Shown here piece after piece: positions 29,339 to 37,322 of a stretch of DNA of 64,000 nucleotides. Location: contig CACWYC010000001.1 of assembly GCA_902765025.1 (NCBI GenBank), positions 71,586-135,585 on the forward strand, read 5' to 3'. Within the stretch, counting starts at the first letter, position 1, and the number at the start of each line of letters is the position of its first letter. The stretch is from Oscillospiraceae bacterium. GTDB lineage: Bacteria; Bacillota; Clostridia; Oscillospirales; Oscillospiraceae. The notes below the pieces were generated by a model. That model was given only the letters and a program-made list of their open reading frames with translations, ran no database searches and had not been told where the DNA came from. Both the position numbers and the translations under genes were made by a program.

Positions 29339-31087
29339 ATGCCTACCAAAAAGACCGCTGAAACGAAAGAAACGGCCCCCCTGACCCCGGAGGTCAACGA
29401 GACCGCCACCAAGGCCGCGGAAAAGAAGCCCGCCGCCAGGAAGACCACGGCCAAGAAGCCGGCAGAGAAGAAGCCCGCCGCCAAAAAGGCTGCCCCCAAA
29501 AAGGAAAAGGCGGCGCAAGCCCCTGCCCAGGCAGCGGAATCATCTGTTGCGCCCGCCCAGCCTGTGGAAGCTCCCGCCCAGCCCGCCCCGGTGGAGGAGG
29601 CCCCCGCCCAGCCCGCCGCTCCCGCCATGCCGGAGCCCCGCCGCAGCGTGGCCTTTATCGGCTCGGAGTGCTATCCCTTTGTGAAGACCGGCGGTCTGGG
29701 CGACGTGATGTACGCCCTGCCCAAGGCGTTGATTGCCCAGAACTGTGACGTGAAGGTGATTCTGCCCCGGTATAAGTGCATCCCCCAGAAGTACCAGGAC
29801 AAGATGGTGTTCCGGGGTGATTTCTCCATGGACCTCACCGCCGACGGACGGCGCTATTACGTGGGCATCATGGAGTACGTCTGGGACGGCGTGGTGTACG
29901 ATTTCATCGACAACGAGGAGTTTTTCAGCTGGGGCAATCCCTACACCAACCTGGTGGATGATATCCCCAAGTTCTGCTACTTCGCCAAGGCGGCGCTGGC
30001 GGCGCTGAACTACATGAACTGGGTGCCCGACATCATCCACTGCCACGACTGGCAGGCCGCGCTGGTGCCTGTGTTCCAGCAGGCCATGTTCCAGGGCACG
30101 CCGGTGGCCTCCGCCAAGTCGGTGCTGACCATCCATAACCTGCGCTTCCAGGGCATTTACAACACCCAGACCATTAAATACTGGACCAATCTGCCCGACG
30201 CCCTCTTTGACTACGCCGTGCTGAAGCAGAACTGGGTGGACGCCAACATGCTCAAAGCCGGCCTCAGCTACGCCAGCATGATTACCACCGTCAGCCACAC
30301 CTACGCCGCCGAGATTCAGACCCCCTTCTACGGCGAGGGCCTGGACGCCCATCTGCGCTACCACTCCGGCAAGCTGCGTGGCATCGTCAACGGCATCGAC
30401 TGTGAGCAGTGGGACACCACCACCGACCCGCTGCTGCCGGTGAACTACGGCATCGCCGACGTGGTGGAGAAGAAAAAGGCCGACAAGCTGGCCCTGCAGG
30501 CGGCCCTGGGCCTGGAGCAGGACGAGAACAAATTCGTTATCGGCCTTATCTCCCGCCTCACCAACCAGAAGGGCCTGGACCTCATCAGCGCCATTATGCC
30601 CGCCCTCGTGGACGGCAACACCCAGGTGGTGGTGCTGGGCACCGGCGACAAGGAGTATGAGGACGCCTTCCGCTATTATGAATACGCCTACAAGGGCAGC
30701 GTCTGCTCCAACATCATGTACGACGAGGGCCGCGCCCACCAGATTTACGCCGCTGCCGACGCCCTGCTGGTGCCCAGCCTGTTCGAGCCCTGCGGCCTGA
30801 CCCAGCTCATCGCCATGCGCTGCGGCACCGTGCCCATCGTCCGGGAGACCGGCGGATTGAAGGACACCGTGCAGCCCTACAACGAGTTCACCAACGAGGG
30901 TAATGGCTTCACCTTCGACCGCTATGAGGCGGGACTGCTGCTGGACGCCTGCAACCGGGCCAAAACGGTGTATTTCACCGCCCGTGACCGCTGGGACCAG
31001 ATGGTGGTGCGGGACATGGCCAAGGACGTGTCCTGGGAGAACTCCGCCAAGCAGTACCGCAACCTGTATCTGGAGCTGAAGCCCTGA
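29339..31087 (+). CDS. glgA: Glycogen synthase with ~100-aa low-complexity N-terminal extension
   Basis: KTGGLGDV, HCHDWQ, TIHNL, SRLTNQKG, EPCGLTQL, RETGGLKDTV; RBS AAGGAG before ATG 29339. Confidence 0.95.
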   Translation: MPTKKTAETKETAPLTPEVNETATKAAEKKPAARKTTAKKPAEKKPAAKKAAPKKEKAAQAPAQAAESSVAPAQPVEAPAQPAPVEEAPAQPAAPAMPEPRRSVAFIGSECYPFVKTGGLGDVMYALPKALIAQNCDVKVILPRYKCIPQKYQDKMVFRGDFSMDLTADGRRYYVGIMEYVWDGVVYDFIDNEEFFSWGNPYTNLVDDIPKFCYFAKAALAALNYMNWVPDIIHCHDWQAALVPVFQQAMFQGTPVASAKSVLTIHNLRFQGIYNTQTIKYWTNLPDALFDYAVLKQNWVDANMLKAGLSYASMITTVSHTYAAEIQTPFYGEGLDAHLRYHSGKLRGIVNGIDCEQWDTTTDPLLPVNYGIADVVEKKKADKLALQAALGLEQDENKFVIGLISRLTNQKGLDLISAIMPALVDGNTQVVVLGTGDKEYEDAFRYYEYAYKGSVCSNIMYDEGRAHQIYAAADALLVPSLFEPCGLTQLIAMRCGTVPIVRETGGLKDTVQPYNEFTNEGNGFTFDRYEAGLLLDACNRAKTVYFTARDRWDQMVVRDMAKDVSWENSAKQYRNLYLELKP

Positions 31088-31217
31088 CGGGGCGTGAGGG
31101 ACATCGTGGCCCGCGTCCCGGCGCCGTCATGGCGCTGCTGCCCATACAATTATAATATATAATACAACAGCCGCCGGACGTCCCAGGACGCCCGGCGGCT
31201 GTTACAGATAGAAACTG

Positions 31218-32012
31218 TTATTCCTTTGCGGCGTACTGCTGCCACACCTTGTGGCCCAGCACCACCACACCTGCTGCCATCACGCCCACGATGATTTCCT
31301 CCACGATGGGGGACAGCCCCACCTGGGTCATCACCACTGTGACGGCGTCCATTACCGCGTGGAGGGCCACCGCCAGCAGATAGAGGGACGGCTTGCGCTG
31401 CTTTACCCCGAACCATACCATCACACTGAAACTCAGATGGGCCGCCACGGCGAAAATGCGCTCAACAATGCCCAGCAGGAAGTGCCATGCGGGGGTGGTG
31501 GCCAGGGCAGAGAGCTGCACCTCCAGTTGGGCCAGCTCCGCATCGCCCAGCACTGCGGTGAGGGAGCCGATACCGCCGCGGTTGATGGTGATGGCAAGGG
31601 CCAGGTTGGACAGCATGGACACCACCAGGATGGCCACCGCCTCCACGCCGCCGTGGCCCGCGCCGTACATCAGGGCGTTGGCGTCGTTGCCCATTTTGTC
31701 CTTCAGCACCGTCCGGTAGGCCACCAGACGGCCCGTCTCCTCAAAGAGACCCGGCAGCAGCCCGCCCACCAGGGCCATCAGCGCCGTGCTGGCGGCAATG
31801 CGACTGCCCACCGGGGAGGACAGCAGCAGATTCACCAAGATGGATTCCAGCCCCACGAAGATGATAAAAATGGCGCAGCCCACGAAGAACGGCAGCGTCT
31901 CCGCCTTCATTTTGCGGCGGAAAAGCAGGAACAGCCCCACCGGGATGGCCGCCCCGGCGAAACAGCTGATGGCCATACAGGTAATGGATGCGCTGGATAT
32001 GTATTGCGGCAT
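31218..32012 (-). CDS. YhfC-family intramembrane glutamic-type (PrsW-like) protease
   Basis: Multi-TM; GLFEETGR, GAGHGGVEA, ERI...H and LH motifs. Confidence 0.85.
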   Translation of the reverse strand: MPQYISSASITCMAISCFAGAAIPVGLFLLFRRKMKAETLPFFVGCAIFIIFVGLESILVNLLLSSPVGSRIAASTALMALVGGLLPGLFEETGRLVAYRTVLKDKMGNDANALMYGAGHGGVEAVAILVVSMLSNLALAITINRGGIGSLTAVLGDAELAQLEVQLSALATTPAWHFLLGIVERIFAVAAHLSFSVMVWFGVKQRKPSLYLLAVALHAVMDAVTVVMTQVGLSPIVEEIIVGVMAAGVVVLGHKVWQQYAAKE

Positions 32013-32099
32013 GATGCAACCCTCCATCGGAATAGTCCGTATAGTATGGGACTATTATACCGTCACCGCCGCCGTATTTCCATACCCACGGGAAAAATG

Positions 32100-32738
32100 T
32101 TACCGTTTTTTATCGCGGCGGCGCTTGAGAAAAATGTTCCACACAATAACAGACGCCAGCGGAACGGAGAACACAAGGGCAAAGGTCAGAGGAGGGATTC
32201 CCGCCTGCATGGCACTGGGATAGTTGAGGGCAGCCAGCAGGGAGAATTCTGACACGGCAAAGGTGATACTGGCGGCCAGAGAGCGGCGGCGCATCTCTTT
32301 GCCGGGGAGGGCAAAGTCGAAATAGACGGCCATAGCGCACTCCACCAGCCCGAAGCACAGTAAAATCGCGCCGAAGGGCTGGGGTGGGTGAAAGAGGATG
32401 GGACTGAGAGCCAGGGTCACGCCGATGAGGCCGTTGAGCATAATGAATACCTGCAGCCCCACCAGATTGCGGCTGCTGATGGTCTCCGCCAGCATCTGCT
32501 CCGACACGGTACCCCGCTCCTGCTCGTCAATACGCCGCCCCGCCAGCAGCTCTGTCAGGCTGACACCCAGCGCCTGACAGAGAGGGGAGAACAAGGCCAC
32601 GTCAGGCATGCTTTTGCCCAGCTCCCATTTGGACACTGCCTTGTTGGTGACGCCCAGGCAATCCGCCAGTTCCTGTTGGGTCAAGCCTTTCTCTTTACGC
32701 AGCTCCTTGATGAAATTTCCAATCTTGTCCTGCTCCAT
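32100..32738 (-). CDS. XRE-family HTH regulator with C-terminal TM helices
   Basis: MEQDKIGNFIKELRKEKGLTQQELAD...SKWELGKSMPD followed by hydrophobic helices. Confidence 0.88.
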   Translation of the reverse strand: MEQDKIGNFIKELRKEKGLTQQELADCLGVTNKAVSKWELGKSMPDVALFSPLCQALGVSLTELLAGRRIDEQERGTVSEQMLAETISSRNLVGLQVFIMLNGLIGVTLALSPILFHPPQPFGAILLCFGLVECAMAVYFDFALPGKEMRRRSLAASITFAVSEFSLLAALNYPSAMQAGIPPLTFALVFSVPLASVIVWNIFLKRRRDKKR

Positions 32739-32914
32739 TGCGAAATGTCGCTCCTTCCCGTGTGATCTGTAACAATCATACGCGCCAACCGAAAAAAAGG
32801 CAATCCACGGTTGGTAGAATGGGGTGAAATGGCGCTGGGTTTTCCTGCGGAATACCCGACCATGCGCAACGAACCTTCGTTTTTGGAACCACGCCACCGG
32901 GTATCCGAGCCGCC

Positions 32915-32933
32915 GGGGGCGTCGGCCCCTACA
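32915..32933 (-). repeat. GTAG-type REP-like palindrome
   Basis: Minus strand TGTAG-GGGC-CGAC-GCCCCC. Confidence 0.45.
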
Positions 32934-32937
32934 AATG

Positions 32938-33177
32938 GCCTCGCCGCCGCGTAAAAAAACACAAGACACCCAAAAGGGGAGGTCATCAAAACGGCGGGCG
33001 ACGAGGCTCGCTCGGCGGCTGTCGCCGCCGACACGCACGCGCCCTTGCCAACAGTCCACCGGACTGTCGGCATCGCCGTTGCGCGGCGACCGGGCTTTTC
33101 TCGCCTCGTCGCCGCGTAAAAAAATACTGGACACCCAAAGGGTGTCCAGTATTTTTTGGAGCGGGCGACGAGGCTCG
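32938..33177. repeat. ~165-bp imperfect tandem duplication including the tRNA-Gly 3' end and its terminator
   Basis: GCGGGCGACGAGGCTCG at 32994 and 33161; GCCTCG(C/T)CGCCGCGTAAAAAAA at 32938 and 33103. Confidence 0.75.
33117..33156 (-). terminator. Terminator of the tRNA operon
   Basis: AAAAAATACTGGACACCC-aaa-GGGTGTCCAGTATTTTTT perfect hairpin. Confidence 0.85.
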
Positions 33178-33232
33178 AACTCGCTACCTCGACCTTGGCA
33201 AGGTCGCGCTCTACCAGATGAGCTACGCCCGC
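33157..33232 (-). tRNA. tRNA-Gly(GCC)
   Basis: Reverse complement GCGGGCGTAGCTC...CCTTGCCAAGG...GTTCGAGCCTCGTCGCCCGCTCCA. Confidence 0.96.
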
Positions 33233-33235
33233 GAA

Positions 33236-33311
<76 letters not shown>

Positions 33312-33314
33312 ATA

Positions 33315-33391
33315 TGGCGACCAAGATGGGGCTCGAACCCACGACCTCCAGCGTGACAGGCTGGCGTTCTAACCAACTGAACTACTTGGCC
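33315..33391 (-). tRNA. tRNA-Asp(GTC)
   Basis: GGCCAAGTAGTTC...GCCTGTCACGC...GGTCGCCA. Confidence 0.96.
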
Positions 33392-33397
33392 ATTTTT

Positions 33398-33474
33398 TGG
33401 TGGGAACAACTGGACTCGAACCAGTGACCCCCTGCTTGTAAGGCAGGTGCTCTAACCAGCTGAGCTATGCTCCC
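33398..33474 (-). tRNA. tRNA-Val(TAC)
   Basis: GGGAGCATAGCTC...GCCTTACAAGC...TCCCACCA. Confidence 0.96.
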
Positions 33475-33506
33475 AAGCGACCGCCGATTTCCGAACGGCG
33501 AGGGTT

Positions 33507-33535
33507 ATTATACTAAACCATCCGCCGATTGTCAA
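33507..33535 (-). promoter_or_regulatory. Consensus SigA promoter of the tRNA Val-Asp-Phe-Gly operon
   Basis: Minus strand TTGACA-17bp-TATAAT. Confidence 0.85.
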
Positions 33536-33624
33536 CAGATAATCGGAAAAAAATTTTCCTTTTTCTCATAAAAAAACCTGCCGCCCTGTGCCGGGCGGCA
33601 GGTGAGGGGAGAGGTAACGGGCGA

Positions 33625-34167
33625 TCAATAGTTCTCCGCGTGGAGCTCGAAGTAGGATTGGGGATGGTTGCACACCGGGCACTTCTCCGGCGCCTTGGTG
33701 CCCACCACGATGTGGCCGCAGTTGCGGCACTCCCACACCTTGACCTCGCTCTTTTCAAACACCTTCTGGGCCTCCACGTTCTGCAGCAGGGCGCGGTAGC
33801 GCTCCTCGTGCATCTTCTCAATGGCACCCACGCCCCGGAACTGCTCCGCCAGCTCGTGGAAGCCCTCCTCGTCGGCCTCCCGGGCCATGCGGTCGTACAT
33901 GTCGGTCCACTCGAAGTTCTCGCCGTCGGCGGCGTGGGCCAGGTTTTCAGCGGTGGTGCCCAGCTCGCCCAGGGCCTTGAACCACAGCTTGGCGTGCTCC
34001 TTCTCGTTCTCGGCGGTCTTCAGAAACAGGGCGGAAATCTGCTCATAGCCCTCTTTTTTGGCCACGGAGGCGAAGTAGGTGTACTTGTTCCGGGCCTGGG
34101 ATTCCCCGGCGAAGGCCTCCCGCAGGTTGCGCTCGGTCTTGGTGCCGGCCAGCTTTTTCATATCCAT
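33625..34167 (-). CDS. rbr: Rubrerythrin
   Basis: [28 protein letters not shown]-terminal CRNC...CPVC rubredoxin knuckle. Confidence 0.95.
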   Translation of the reverse strand: MDMKKLAGTKTERNLREAFAGESQARNKYTYFASVAKKEGYEQISALFLKTAENEKEHAKLWFKALGELGTTAENLAHAADGENFEWTDMYDRMAREADEEGFHELAEQFRGVGAIEKMHEERYRALLQNVEAQKVFEKSEVKVWECRNCGHIVVGTKAPEKCPVCNHPQSYFELHAENY

Positions 34168-34214
34168 TGTCAGCGCTCCTTTCAAAGATAATTCCAGTTT
34201 GTACCTCTATCGGT

Positions 34215-34246
34215 TTGAGTATACCGTGGGTGAAAAGGAATTGCAA
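34215..34246 (-). promoter_or_regulatory. Candidate SigA promoter of rubrerythrin (approximate coordinates)
   Basis: Minus strand TTGCAA-17bp-TATACT. Confidence 0.5.
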
Positions 34247-34253
34247 TACTATC

Positions 34254-34817
34254 CTAAAATTTTCCAATTATCCCTACCGCCGCGCCGATGGCGATGAACA
34301 CGATGGGGTGCCAGTCCTTCACCTTAGGCACCCACCGGGTCAGCACCAGCACCGCCGCCGCAAGGGCGATGGCGGGCCAGTTGAAAAAAGCGGGGGAGAG
34401 GGGCAGCTCCGTATGCAGCAGCGTCAGCTGTGCCACCCCCAGGCCTGCTGCCGCCACCATGGCGGTGGAGGCGGGGCGCAGGCCGTAGAAGGCGCTGTTT
34501 ACGTATTTGTTGCTGCGAAAGGCCCGCAAAAAGGCGGCGATGATAAGAATCACCACCACGCTGGGGGTCACAAGGCCCACCGTGGCTGCCAGCGCCCCCA
34601 AAGGCCCGGCGGTGGTGAAGCCCACATAGGTGGCCATGTTGACGCCGATAGGGCCGGGGGTGGATTCGCTGACCGCCAGCATATCCGCCAGCTGGGCCCG
34701 GGTAAACCAACCGGTGCGGTCCGCCATGTCGTTCAAAAAGGGGAGTGTGGCCAGGCCGCCGCCTACGGCGAACAGCCCGGTTTTGAAAAACTCATAAAAC
34801 AGCTGTAACAGTATCAT
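34254..34817 (-). CDS. Short-chain chromate transporter (CHR family), second subunit
   Basis: FFKTGLFAVGGGLA, SESTPGPIGVNMATYVG. Confidence 0.9.
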   Translation of the reverse strand: MILLQLFYEFFKTGLFAVGGGLATLPFLNDMADRTGWFTRAQLADMLAVSESTPGPIGVNMATYVGFTTAGPLGALAATVGLVTPSVVVILIIAAFLRAFRSNKYVNSAFYGLRPASTAMVAAAGLGVAQLTLLHTELPLSPAFFNWPAIALAAAVLVLTRWVPKVKDWHPIVFIAIGAAVGIIGKF

Positions 34818-35356
34818 TTCCGGCCCTCCTGCAGCGATTGGATGACGATGCCCGCCACCGCCGATAGCAGCACGTACACCACCGGGGAAAGGCCGGCGAG
34901 CAGCGTGGCGGCCAGCACGGCGGCAAAGAGAAGAGCGCCCCACACGTCATGGACGGCACTCTTCCACAGCTTTAGCACCGCGTTGAAGATCAGCACGCAC
35001 ACCACCACCCGGATGCCGGCAAAGGCGTGCTGCACCCACGCCACGTGGGCGAAGTTGGTGATGAGCCCCGCCAGGGCCGTGATGATCACCAGGCTGGGGA
35101 ACACCATGCCCAGCGTGGTGAAGATGCCGCCCCAGACGCCCCGCTGCTTCTGGCCGATAAAGGTGGCGGTGTTGACGGCGATGATGCCGGGGGTGCATTG
35201 GCCGATGGCGAAATAGTCCGTCAGCTCCTCATCGGTGGCCCAGCCCTTGTTCTGCACCACCTCCCGCTGCAAAATGGGCAGCATGGCCATGCCGCCGCCG
35301 AAGGTCATCACCCCCACCTTGGCAAAGGTGATAAACAGATCCCATAGTTCTCTCAT
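34814..35356 (-). CDS. Short-chain chromate transporter (CHR family), first subunit
   Basis: FAKVGVMTFGGGMAM, GQCTPGIIAVNTATFIG. Confidence 0.9.
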   Translation of the reverse strand: MRELWDLFITFAKVGVMTFGGGMAMLPILQREVVQNKGWATDEELTDYFAIGQCTPGIIAVNTATFIGQKQRGVWGGIFTTLGMVFPSLVIITALAGLITNFAHVAWVQHAFAGIRVVVCVLIFNAVLKLWKSAVHDVWGALLFAAVLAATLLAGLSPVVYVLLSAVAGIVIQSLQEGRK

Positions 35357-35366
35357 ACCGTAAACC

Positions 35367-36353
35367 TCAATCCATATAGCCGTACAGGCCCCGCACCGAC
35401 ACCTCGCCGCTTCGCAGCGTTTCGGTGCTGCCGTCGTCGTTGGCCACCACAAGACCGTATTGCGCATCCACCGTAAGGGCCGTGGCGGTGGTAACAGAGC
35501 CGCCTTCCAGAAGCTGCACCCGCTTGCCGGTGGTGAGGCAGCGGCTGCGATATGCCTCCAGCCATGCTTCGGGACGGAACAGCACCTCTCGGCGCAGCGT
35601 GTGAAGCTGCCGCACCATCTCCGCCGCCAGCGCCGCACGGGGGATGACGGTGGACAGCGCCATGTCCAACGACCCGGCAATGCTTTGCAGCTCCTCCGGG
35701 AAATCGTCTGGCTGCTGGCGGCAGTTGACGCCGATGCCCACCACCACGTAGTCCACCAGTCCGCTCTCCGCCTCCACGGACAGCTCCGTCAGGATGCCGC
35801 AGATTTTCCGCCCCGCCAGCACCAGGTCATTGGGCCACTTGATGCCGGGGGCCTCGCCCCCCAGCCGCTCCACTGCCCGGCTCACCGCCACGGCGCTGAG
35901 GGCCGTCAGTGGCAGCAGCGCGTCCGGGGCGCACTCGGGCCGCCACAGCACGGATAAATACAGCCCCTGTCCGGCAGGGGAGAGGAAGCTGCGGCCCCGG
36001 CGGCCCCGGCCGGCGGTCTGGTTGTCGGCAATGACCACCGTGCCGTCGGCTGTGCCTTGGGCGGCCAGCAGCTTGCAATAGTTATTGGTGGAGTCCACGG
36101 TGGACAGCACGTGGACGGGAGCGGGATACTCCCCCAGCGCGGCAGATACCAAAGCCTCGTCCAGCCTGTCACTGCTGCGCAGCCGGTAGCCCAGGCCGGA
36201 ACGGGCCTCAATGTCGTACCCCTCCCGGCGGAGGGCCTCCACCGCCTTCCACACCGCCGCCCGGCTGACGCCCAGGGCCTGGCTCAAGCGCTGACCTGAG
36301 ACAAATTCTCCACCCGCCTGGGCCAAAACGCGATATACCTCTGTGTACGCCAT
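35367..36353 (-). CDS. birA: Bifunctional biotin ligase/repressor BirA
   Basis: N-terminal HTH (SGQRLSQALGVSRAAVWK), DSTN, QTAGRGRRGR, KWPND, KICGIL, GIGVN. Confidence 0.95.
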   Translation of the reverse strand: MAYTEVYRVLAQAGGEFVSGQRLSQALGVSRAAVWKAVEALRREGYDIEARSGLGYRLRSSDRLDEALVSAALGEYPAPVHVLSTVDSTNNYCKLLAAQGTADGTVVIADNQTAGRGRRGRSFLSPAGQGLYLSVLWRPECAPDALLPLTALSAVAVSRAVERLGGEAPGIKWPNDLVLAGRKICGILTELSVEAESGLVDYVVVGIGVNCRQQPDDFPEELQSIAGSLDMALSTVIPRAALAAEMVRQLHTLRREVLFRPEAWLEAYRSRCLTTGKRVQLLEGGSVTTATALTVDAQYGLVVANDDGSTETLRSGEVSVRGLYGYMD

Positions 36354-36403
36354 TGCCACACCGCCTTTCTGATATAGTGCCACTTTACCACGGTTGCCCA
36401 CGG

Positions 36404-36435
36404 TTGTAAACATTTTTGCAGATACCCGTTGACAA
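36404..36435. promoter_or_regulatory. BirA operator 1 (overlaps the bioY -35 TTGACA)
   Basis: TTGTAAAC-N16-GTTGACAA matches the Firmicute BirA consensus. Confidence 0.8.
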
Positions 36436-36455
36436 TTAAGGCCGACGGGGCTATA

Positions 36456-36487
36456 TTGTAAACCAGATTTGTTTGGGAGGTTTACAA
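36456..36487. promoter_or_regulatory. BirA operator 2 (overlaps the bioY -10 end and RBS)
   Basis: Perfect TTGTAAAC-N16-GTTTACAA. Confidence 0.85.
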
Positions 36488-36489
36488 CT

Positions 36490-37026
36490 ATGAAGCTGCG
36501 CATGATGATATATACCGCCGTGTTCGCGGCACTTACGGCGGTGGGGGCCTTTTTGCGGCTGCCCATGTGGCCGGTGGCCATTACGCTGCAATTCCTGTTC
36601 ACCGCTATGGCGGGGGTGCTGCTGGGGGCCAAGTACGGCGCATTGAGCCAGGCGGTGTACGTGGCGGTGGGCCTGGTGGGCATCCCGGTGTTCACCATGG
36701 GCGGCGGCATCGGCTACGTGTTCCAGCCCTCCTTCGGCTTTTTGCTGGGGCTGATTCCGGCGGCGGCGGTCATCGGCGGCCTGTCCGCCAGGGCCAAATC
36801 CCCCTGGCGCATCGGCCTGGCGTGTCTCGCGGGGCTGGGGGTGCTGTACCTGGTGGGCCTGCCCTACATGGCGCTGATCCTTAACGTCTATATGGACCGG
36901 GGCATGTCCGCCTGGGATATTATATATAAGGGTATGCTGCTGTTCCTGCCCGGCGATATGCTGAAAATCGTGGTGACGGCGGTGCTTTGTCCCGTTCTTC
37001 GTAAACGCCTCCTGTTGGCCCAATAA
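36490..37026 (+). CDS. bioY: Biotin ECF transporter S component BioY
   Basis: PVAITLQ, GLVGIPVF, GYVFQPSFGFLLG, FLPGDMLK; divergent from birA. Confidence 0.93.
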   Translation: MKLRMMIYTAVFAALTAVGAFLRLPMWPVAITLQFLFTAMAGVLLGAKYGALSQAVYVAVGLVGIPVFTMGGGIGYVFQPSFGFLLGLIPAAAVIGGLSARAKSPWRIGLACLAGLGVLYLVGLPYMALILNVYMDRGMSAWDIIYKGMLLFLPGDMLKIVVTAVLCPVLRKRLLLAQ

Positions 37027-37090
37027 AGCCGTTGTGCAACGTGCCCAAATTCCAATGCGGAATTTGGACACATATTGGAAAAGAAAAATG

Positions 37091-37119
37091 TTGCAATTTG
37101 CCACACGGGCCAGTATAAT
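37091..37119 (+). promoter_or_regulatory. SigA promoter of the leader ORF-uracil permease unit
   Basis: TTGCAA-17bp-TATAAT. Confidence 0.8.
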
Positions 37120-37148
37120 AGGCGAGAAAATTGAGAGGAGGGGACACC

Positions 37149-37226
37149 ATGACCAACGTGCGCAGACAGTTGACGATGGATCGTGGCCTCTTTGTTTCCC
37201 TTTTCACCGATAGTGTTTCTTTTTGA
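37149..37226 (+). CDS. Putative attenuator leader peptide MTNVRRQLTMDRGLFVSLFTDSVSF (25 aa)
   Basis: Strong RBS GAGAGGAGG; U-rich 3' half; TGA forms the start of the terminator stem. Not in the ORF track. Confidence 0.6.
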   Translation: MTNVRRQLTMDRGLFVSLFTDSVSF

Positions 37227-37252
37227 CCGGTATTTTTACCGGTCATTTTTTT
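37224..37252 (+). terminator. Intrinsic terminator (attenuator) in the 5' leader of the uracil permease
   Basis: TGACCGGTA-TTTT-TACCGGTCA followed by 7 T. Confidence 0.8.
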
Positions 37253-37322
37253 ATGCTGTCGGATCAAGATTCGGTTGGCAATAGTTTAGATAGGACAAAT
37301 GAAGAAAGAGAGGATTACAAGA

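Noticed and set aside
34168-34250. PerR/Fur box upstream of rubrerythrin
   Set aside because: Only a weak partial match (GATAATTCC); not supportable.
37120-37300. PyrR-binding loop or purine riboswitch upstream of the permease
   Set aside because: Neither consensus is recognisable; the leader-ORF/terminator model fits better.
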